Shown here: positions 57,906-64,000 of the stretch, piece by piece
Layout of the letters: each line of letters opens with the position of its first letter
How positions within the stretch are numbered: position 1 is the first letter of the stretch
From: a virus
DNA: 64,000 nucleotides
IMG/VR virus record: IMGVR_UViG_3300020469_000011
Location: 82,511 to 146,510 of that record
Direction: 5' to 3' (one strand)
The notes under the pieces: generated by a model
What the model was told of the DNA's origin: nothing
Database searches by the model: none
What the model saw: only the letters and a program-made list of their open reading frames with translations
Made by a program: the position numbers and the translations under genes

Positions 57906-60323
57906 ATGATTTCTTTTTCTAATTTTTGCACTAATTTTTTAATTGAATTTAAAGAATCGCCGTCAATGATGGCAATGAAAGAAAATGCTATTGATACCGT
58001 TAAACATGAAAAATACAGTTATAAACCTTCTGGTTCTTTATCAGATCCAAAAGGAGAGATTGTTCCTTTAATGACTCCAAAACAATTTTATGAAATAGAA
58101 GAAAAACAAGGTAGATTAAAAAAAGGTTTTAAACAGACCATTACAGAAAACTATTGGGATGATCTATCTTTAATGAAATATGGTCCTGATAATGATTACA
58201 AAACTTGGACTGAAAATATAACTCTTAGAACACGTATAGTAAAGAATCTAAAAGAATATTCTCCTATAGCAATAGAAAATAAACTAAAAGATTTTAATGA
58301 GCTAGTAAAAACATCATTTAATCAATACGCTAGAGCATACAATCAACAATCAGAAAAAGCTTTTCGTGAGAAAAACGTAGAAGCTAAAAGTAAAAATTTT
58401 AAAGATGATTTATTTAAAATATTAGAAGATAAAAAATTATTAGATAATGATATTAAAAAAGCATATACAAGTGGACTTAAAAAAGAAATGCTTAATGATA
58501 AGTTTATACAGTCTTTAAAAAAAGCAATAACAACTGAAGCATCTTTACTAAAATCTGTTTATGCAGAACCCGCCGTGAATAAACCACTTTTACATCCTTC
58601 AGCCATGATGGATAATCTTTTTGTAGAAAATGATGATATATTAATAAGTTATCTATTAGGTAAAAAAGTTCCTTTTGATAATATAGTAAAAAACATTTAT
58701 AAAAAAGATGGTGCGAGATTAACCAAAAAAGAAATTACAGCACTATTTGATGAAGTTAACAGAAAAATAAATGCTCTTGTTGATAAAGGTGAAAAGAAAG
58801 AAGATGCTATTGAAAAAGTTATGAACATGTTTGCCAAAGAACCTGAATCAAAAGAAGGTGAATTAAAATATTTCATGTATGACGGTGCTTCAAAGTCTAC
58901 TCAAAAATATAAACAAATGAGTGTAGATGAATTAAAAAGAAGATGGAAAAGTTTTAACAAGACTACGTCTGCTCTTGACAGAATGTTTGCAAAAACAACA
59001 TCACATGAAATGTATCAATATGATCCAGAAAAATCATTATCTCAAAATCAAAAGATGATGAAATCAATGGGTGCATTAGGTAAACAAAAAGAAATATATG
59101 ATTTCACTTTACCTGCATATAAAGGTTTAGTGTATATGGAAAGACCTTGGAAAGATATTTACGGTAAACAACAATCACCAGGTCTAGCTATTGTTAACAC
59201 ATGTCCTTCTGCAGCTTTATGTAAAACTTTCTGTTATGCAGTAAAAGGATTTTATACAATGTATTCAGCACCTTCTATTAGTGCAGCGCAAGTTTTAACT
59301 TTTTTAATTAATTATCCCGATCAATTTAAAAAGAAAACATTTGATTACTTAAATAAATTAAAATCAAAGTCTAAAAAACAAGTAATTATTCGTTGGCATG
59401 ATGCTGGTGATTTCTTTTCTAGAAGTTACTTTAACATGATTATGGATATAGCAAAAGGAACACCAGACATTCTTCACTATGCATATACAAAACGTGTTGA
59501 AATGATTCATGAAGTTGTAACAGGTTCTGATTTTAAAGGAGGTAAAGTATCTGGACTATCTAATATACCAGATAACTTTATATTTAATTTATCATATGGT
59601 GGTAAGTATGATAAAAAGATTCAAAAAATTCCACAATTAGCTGATTTCAAATTTTCAAAAGTAATTGATTTGTCTATACCTGTTTTTGAAAACTTTCAAG
59701 GTATTGCAAAGAAACAAATATTTAATGAAAATATGGTTAGTAAAGCTCATAAATTAGGAGAAGAGAATCATAATTCTATCATTGTTAAAAATGAATCTGA
59801 AACTATAAAATCAATGTCTTTAAATGGTAAAGTTCATAAGAATGTGAAAGTTAATCGCAAAGTTTTAACCTTTAATTATATTCCAAAACTAGCTGTATTA
59901 CCAGCTTCCACTATAGAATCTTTCAAAGAAAAAAATAGTGAGTTACTTAATAATTTTAAAGGTATTGAAAATGAACCCGTTTTTCATAAAATGTTTGATA
60001 AGGCTAAAGGACATAAACATGATAGAGTTGTCTTTGAAGAAAATGATTTAAAAAGTATGTTAACTTCTAAACAATTAAAAGAACTTGAAGATCATTATCC
60101 TAATCTATATAAAACATACTTACCTAAAGAAGTTCAAGAACTTTATAAGACAGCTATTAAAAAGTATTATGGTCTAGATAAAGATATACTAACTTATGAT
60201 GAAATGATACAGACTTCAGAAACATCTTCTAAAAATAAATATCATGTTTTAGTTTCTACTAATGATGGTGATGTTTCTGCACAAAGAAAAGATATACACG
60301 GAACACTTTTGGTTATACATTAA
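57906..60323 (+). CDS. Large capsid-targeted protein with a GP88-like Cys-cluster domain
   Basis: Leader MISFSNF...FLIE; TCPSAALCKTFCYA; IRWHDAGDFFS..Y; YAYTK; late-type GATAAATA at 57848. Confidence 0.65.
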   Translation: MISFSNFCTNFLIEFKESPSMMAMKENAIDTVKHEKYSYKPSGSLSDPKGEIVPLMTPKQFYEIEEKQGRLKKGFKQTITENYWDDLSLMKYGPDNDYKTWTENITLRTRIVKNLKEYSPIAIENKLKDFNELVKTSFNQYARAYNQQSEKAFREKNVEAKSKNFKDDLFKILEDKKLLDNDIKKAYTSGLKKEMLNDKFIQSLKKAITTEASLLKSVYAEPAVNKPLLHPSAMMDNLFVENDDILISYLLGKKVPFDNIVKNIYKKDGARLTKKEITALFDEVNRKINALVDKGEKKEDAIEKVMNMFAKEPESKEGELKYFMYDGASKSTQKYKQMSVDELKRRWKSFNKTTSALDRMFAKTTSHEMYQYDPEKSLSQNQKMMKSMGALGKQKEIYDFTLPAYKGLVYMERPWKDIYGKQQSPGLAIVNTCPSAALCKTFCYAVKGFYTMYSAPSISAAQVLTFLINYPDQFKKKTFDYLNKLKSKSKKQVIIRWHDAGDFFSRSYFNMIMDIAKGTPDILHYAYTKRVEMIHEVVTGSDFKGGKVSGLSNIPDNFIFNLSYGGKYDKKIQKIPQLADFKFSKVIDLSIPVFENFQGIAKKQIFNENMVSKAHKLGEENHNSIIVKNESETIKSMSLNGKVHKNVKVNRKVLTFNYIPKLAVLPASTIESFKEKNSELLNNFKGIENEPVFHKMFDKAKGHKHDRVVFEENDLKSMLTSKQLKELEDHYPNLYKTYLPKEVQELYKTAIKKYYGLDKDILTYDEMIQTSETSSKNKYHVLVSTNDGDVSAQRKDIHGTLLVIH

Positions 60324-60327
60324 AAAA

Positions 60328-61434
60328 ATGATAACATTTAATGAATATTTAAAAGAAGAAAAACTTCCAACAAATCTTAAACCTTCTTTATTTTTAGGTG
60401 ATAAAGAAACTTGGGAAAGTTTAGAAGAGTATAAGAATGATCTTCATCAAGGAATTGATAATTTAAGAAATGAACTTATTACTAAGGATCATAAGAGAGT
60501 GTTACATAATTTAGTAAATGATCCAGATAAGAACGCATTGAGAAACACTTCTTTTAAAAAAGTTTCTGAACTTGGTAATACATTTGTTAATAAGGTGAAC
60601 AAAGATTTTGGTGAAGCAATTGGTCCTATAAAGATCATCACTGACTCTACATATATGTCTTGGATTAATAATTATAAAAAAATTTATATTCCTAAAAAGT
60701 CAAATGCACCTTTTTTAGACTATACAATTACAGACAAAGATAATATAGAACATAAAATATCCGCCAAGTCCGCAAAAGCTTCCGGAAATACAATAAAGAC
60801 ACCTAATATAATTACAACTTTAGAAAATGCGTTAAAGAAAAAAAACAGTAAATATATTTTAGAAAGACTTTTTATTAATAAAAGTAGTAAATATAATAAA
60901 GAATATGAGTTACTTGTAAAAATATTTGATATTACTGAAAAAGAAAAAGCACCTGTTGGATATATGAAAGTTGCTGCTGAATTAGATAATGCGTACGGTG
61001 ACAAAAAATATCATGATGTAATACAAAAATTAGATAATAATTTTTTTAATAAATTACCCACAGGTAGAAAAGCCAATTTTTCGGAAATAAAAACGCCATC
61101 TGGTACAAGTGCCGAAGATCTAATGAAACAATCTGATAAAATTATTAAAAGATTTTCTTCACCACCGTATCCAATAAATATTGCATTAAAACTTCTTATT
61201 AACATTGTGTTTAAAGATGAAATTTATTTTGCAAAATTCGGTTTAAATTCAGACGGCTCAACAGTTTGGGAATTGAGAGGAAGAAGATCTAATTATTCTA
61301 ATTTATATGTACAAAATAAAAGTGGTACAACTCTCTATACAAAACTGTATATGGATGCTAAAGGCGCAAGAGGAGATGAAAAATTAGGTTTAAGACTTGA
61401 ATCTACAAATTTAGAAAAAGAATTTATTACATGA
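60328..61434 (+). CDS. Capsid-targeted PD-(D/E)xK nuclease-like protein
   Basis: Start moved to the ATG at 60328 (MITFNEYLKE); DFGE..GP; P..SN.P..DY.......ISAKS. Confidence 0.55.
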   Translation: MITFNEYLKEEKLPTNLKPSLFLGDKETWESLEEYKNDLHQGIDNLRNELITKDHKRVLHNLVNDPDKNALRNTSFKKVSELGNTFVNKVNKDFGEAIGPIKIITDSTYMSWINNYKKIYIPKKSNAPFLDYTITDKDNIEHKISAKSAKASGNTIKTPNIITTLENALKKKNSKYILERLFINKSSKYNKEYELLVKIFDITEKEKAPVGYMKVAAELDNAYGDKKYHDVIQKLDNNFFNKLPTGRKANFSEIKTPSGTSAEDLMKQSDKIIKRFSSPPYPINIALKLLINIVFKDEIYFAKFGLNSDGSTVWELRGRRSNYSNLYVQNKSGTTLYTKLYMDAKGARGDEKLGLRLESTNLEKEFIT

Positions 61435-61748
61435 AAAAATTTAAAGAATTTATTTCAGAGAATACCAAAAGAATACCGAGAAAAAAAGGACAACGTAGAA
61501 ACAGTCCAAATCATTCTGACCTATATACAGATGAGAATCCAAAAGGAACCATACATGGTTTAAAGTTTGCTACAGTTGATGATGCAGAAAAAAGTGTTAA
61601 TAAAATTGAAAATTCAAGTAGATCACATGCTCATAAAATTCAAGCAGCAATTGCTATGGAACAAAGAGCAAGAGTTATGAAAAAAGTATCAGCAGCAAAT
61701 GTTTATAGAAAATTCATAAACAAAATGAAAAAGAAATCAAACAAATGA
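61431..61748 (+). CDS. Small basic capsid-targeted conserved protein
   Basis: Leader MKKFKEFISE; DLYTDENPKGTIHGL.F....A..SV; MEQRA. Confidence 0.7.
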   Translation: MKKFKEFISENTKRIPRKKGQRRNSPNHSDLYTDENPKGTIHGLKFATVDDAEKSVNKIENSSRSHAHKIQAAIAMEQRARVMKKVSAANVYRKFINKMKKKSNK

Positions 61749-62362
61749 AAACTTTTAATCAGTTTCTAATAGAAAAGAAAAACTCTTCCATTGAGCTTCT
61801 TGGTTGGCCAAGAGCAGATGAATTTACAGGATTAAAAATGAAATACACTGAAAAATTGAAAATTGCAAAAGAAAATTCTAAAAAAGTTGGAGATGGATCT
61901 ACAAGAACAGTTTTTGAAATTGATTTTAAAAATAAACCTACAGTAATGAAAATAGCAAAAAACGAAAAGGGTTTAAGACAAAATTTATCTGAAGTTAATG
62001 TATATAAAAAATATAATAATAATCCACCATTCATGTTACCTATGATTGATTGGGATGATAATGATGATGCTGATACGGCATGGATTCATGTGATGAAATC
62101 GGCTAAATTATCTGAAGGAATTTTTTATCGTTATTTTGATGTTACGTTTGAACAGTTTAGTAAAGCATTATCAGATTATATCAATAAAAATAAAAATGAT
62201 GACCTTAATAGATTGAATATAGTTAAATTCATAAAATTTGTTAAAGATAACGATTTAATGTTGGGTGAGTACAGACAAAAAAGTAATTGGGGTTCTTGGA
62301 AAGAAAAGCCAGTTATAATTGATGCTGGAGTTACCAGAACAAATCAGGAGTTAACTTTATAA
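61745..62362 (+). CDS. Capsid-targeted protein-kinase-like protein
   Basis: Leader MKTFNQFLIE; GDGSTRTV P-loop, VMKIA, QN.SE, NWG, IIDAG. Confidence 0.65.
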   Translation: MKTFNQFLIEKKNSSIELLGWPRADEFTGLKMKYTEKLKIAKENSKKVGDGSTRTVFEIDFKNKPTVMKIAKNEKGLRQNLSEVNVYKKYNNNPPFMLPMIDWDDNDDADTAWIHVMKSAKLSEGIFYRYFDVTFEQFSKALSDYINKNKNDDLNRLNIVKFIKFVKDNDLMLGEYRQKSNWGSWKEKPVIIDAGVTRTNQELTL

Positions 62363-62367
62363 AAAAC

Positions 62368-62396
62368 TTGACATTTTTAATAAATTATGTTAGAAT
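62368..62396 (+). promoter_or_regulatory. sigma70-type promoter for the small ORF/tmRNA/grx/prx unit
   Basis: TTGACA-17nt-TAGAAT with extended -10 TG. Confidence 0.8.
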
Positions 62397-62426
62397 AGTA
62401 TTTCTTAACTTTAATAATAAGGAATT

Positions 62427-62585
62427 ATGAAAAGAAGAAGAGGTAGAAAAGCTTCAAAAAGAACAGTTAGATGTACTATTTGTACTACTCATCGTTGGTT
62501 AGGAAACAATGAAGGTAGGTGGAATATCAACACAAAGAAAAAACATTACGCTACAAAAGAGCAGTTAAAAGAATTTACTTGTTGA
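62427..62585 (+). CDS. 52-aa very basic CxxC peptide (not in the ORF track)
   Basis: MKRRRGRKASKRTVRCTICTTHRWLGNNEGRW...; SD AAGGA. Confidence 0.6.
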   Translation: MKRRRGRKASKRTVRCTICTTHRWLGNNEGRWNINTKKKHYATKEQLKEFTC

Positions 62586-62835
62586 CCTGAAAAGATAATC
62601 GCTACGGACCCGAGTTGCGATACTCGGCGGCTCCACCAAGATAGCATTTTACGAAGTGCTATGTTAGGGGCCGAATAGATTCGACGTGGGATGAAAATAT
62701 CAGAGAGAGTAGATAGGGTGATGACCAACATCAAACCTTATAGTCGCAAACAACAATGACTATGCACCTGTACTTGCCGCAATAGCAGCATAATACAGCG
62801 GGGATTAGGGTTGTTCCTTGTTACTAAAACAACCC
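62586..62835 (+). ncRNA. ssrA: Circularly permuted (two-piece) tmRNA; tag ANNNDYAPVLAAIAA
   Basis: 3' acceptor half GGAC-CCGAG..CTCGG-CGGCTCC-ACCA ends at 62638, before the 5' half GGGGCCG-AATAGATTCGAC at 62667; G3:U70 pair; resume codon GCA at 62746 to TAA at 62793; outer boundaries approximate. Confidence 0.9.
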
Positions 62836-62869
62836 AATTAATTATTAACCCGTGTCTATTAAAGGAGAT

Positions 62870-63115
62870 ATGCAATTAGATATTAAAGGTTCGGTGGTTT
62901 TTAGACATATCACTTATCCAGATTGTGAAAAGTGTGAAGAAGGTGCAGAATTAATGCGAGAAAGAGGAATACGATTTGCTACAATAACTTGTGATAAATC
63001 ACTATTCGGTGCACTAATGGCTGAAACCAAATCACAAGACGTTCCACAATTTTTTGTAAAAGGCAAATATATTGGTGGTCTGACTGAATTGAAAGCTCAC
63101 TTAGAAACATTATAA
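62870..63115 (+). CDS. Glutaredoxin-like protein
   Basis: CEKC; VPQFFV.G.YIGG..EL; SD AGGAG before the ATG at 62870. Confidence 0.8.
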   Translation: MQLDIKGSVVFRHITYPDCEKCEEGAELMRERGIRFATITCDKSLFGALMAETKSQDVPQFFVKGKYIGGLTELKAHLETL

Positions 63116-63136
63116 CACACATACACAGGAAAAATT

Positions 63137-63631
63137 ATGATTGTTCCAGAAAAGAACTTTAGAGTACGAATGGGTCCAGATTGGCACGATGCTACTACAG
63201 ATGATTATTTTAAAGGTAAAAGAGTAGTTGTGGTATCTTTACCAGGTGCATTTACACCTGTTTGTAGTAGTAAACAATTACCAGCTTTTGAAGCAGCATA
63301 TGACCAAATGGTTAGTTTAGGAGTTCATGCAGTTTATTGTATGAGCGTAAATGATAGTTTTGTAATGAATGCATGGGCAAGTAGTTTAGGAATTGAAAAA
63401 ATTGAAATGATTCCAGATGGAGATGGTCTATTTACAAGAGGTATGAATATGCTAGTAGATAAACCTTTTCAATGTTTTGGTCTAAGAAGCTGGCGTTATG
63501 CAATGGTAGTTGATAATAAAAAAGTAGAAAAGATGTTTATTGAAGAAGGATTTAACAATCTTGGACTTGATGACGATCCCTACGTAGAAAGCACGCCTGA
63601 TAAAGTTTTAGAGTATTTAAACTCAATCTAG
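63137..63631 (+). CDS. Peroxiredoxin (Prx5-like)
   Basis: LPGAFTPVCS..QLP; SVND.FVM.AW; FG.RSWRYAM. Confidence 0.93.
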   Translation: MIVPEKNFRVRMGPDWHDATTDDYFKGKRVVVVSLPGAFTPVCSSKQLPAFEAAYDQMVSLGVHAVYCMSVNDSFVMNAWASSLGIEKIEMIPDGDGLFTRGMNMLVDKPFQCFGLRSWRYAMVVDNKKVEKMFIEEGFNNLGLDDDPYVESTPDKVLEYLNSI

Positions 63632-63645
63632 TTTACACTCAAATC

Positions 63646-63727
63646 CTAACATAAATCTAACAAAAAATACAAATTTATTGTCTATATACATAAGTGGGTT
63701 GCAGTAAAGCAACCTGCTCATTATAAT
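63646..63727 (+). promoter_or_regulatory. Pho-box-like repeat plus sigma70-like promoter upstream of a permease-like gene
   Basis: CTAACA repeated at 11-nt spacing (63646, 63657); TTGCAG-17nt-TATAAT (63699-63727). Confidence 0.4.
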
Positions 63728-63755
63728 AGATAATATCACAACAAAAGAGAGACTA

Positions 63756-64000
63756 ATGGATGCAACATTACTCTATACAGTTGTTGGATTTACGCTTGCA
63801 AGTTACTCGGTTATCGCTAATGATTCCGTTCAGACATTGGGTACTTGGATAGCTTCAAATTCTAGCAAATTTAAATGGTATTTTATGTGGATGGCAGCAA
63901 GTTTAGTGCTGTTGTTTACGCTTTGGTATGGTTGGTTTGTTAATAACGGTGACATATCATACGGCAGACTAACAAAAATTCCTTACCAAACAGTAGAATG
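63756..64000 (+). CDS. Partial membrane protein, phosphate/sulfate permease (PiT-like)
   Basis: MDATLLYTVVGFTLASYSVIANDSVQTLGTWIASN... (ANDS..T.G resembles the PiT GANDxAN signature); truncated by the window end. Confidence 0.55.
   Translation, partial: MDATLLYTVVGFTLASYSVIANDSVQTLGTWIASNSSKFKWYFMWMAASLVLLFTLWYGWFVNNGDISYGRLTKIPYQTVE

Noticed and set aside
825-62034. Short antisense or out-of-frame ORFs nested in long genes (e.g. 825, 5985, 15921, 23209, 30475, 31312, 37408, 60720, 61759)
   Set aside because: Shadow ORFs of well-supported genes, with no recognisable motifs.
62546-62734. 62-aa minus-strand ORF
   Set aside because: It is antisense to the tmRNA and the small basic ORF, with no coding support.
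1-64000. CRISPR array
   Set aside because: No regularly spaced direct repeats with unique spacers were seen; the intergenic gaps are short.
1-64000. Stop-codon reassignment
   Set aside because: Core genes are full length in code 11, TAA, TAG and TGA all end genes, and no suppressor tRNA is present.

Overview
AT-rich 64 kb segment of a T4-like myovirus genome, probably marine. It carries baseplate genes (gp5, gp27-like, gp53, gp48/gp54-like), gp4, tail-collar fibre genes and the T4-type replication core (gp43, UvsX, gp40, gp41, gp61). Nucleotide metabolism is covered by NrdA, Grx-NrdB, ThyX-like, Dcd, GlyA, GuaA and a NUDIX hydrolase. It also has Hsp20, a RuvC-like resolvase, an amino-DNA methyltransferase, a GDP-fucose/colitose glycosylation cluster, Grx/Prx, two tRNAs and a circularly permuted two-piece tmRNA. 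The main signal is at least 10 unrelated ORFs that begin with a T4 internal-protein capsid-targeting-like leader (M-K-S/T-F-x-x-F-I/L-x-E). This points to a virion-packaged, injected enzyme cargo: a nucleotidyltransferase plus ligase/HIGH-NTase pair, a kinase-like protein, a PD-(D/E)xK nuclease, a GP88-like Cys-cluster protein, possible ADP-ribosyltransferases and a protease-cleavable polyprotein. Other highlights are a tRNA-Gly with the rare ACC anticodon, a ROSE-type RNA thermometer on hsp20, and RBS-sequestering hairpins that contain promoters. The methyltransferase shares the polymerase's clamp-binding tail, and a lipoprotein is saturated with N-glycosylation sequons. All calls come from motif recognition by eye; no database searches were run.
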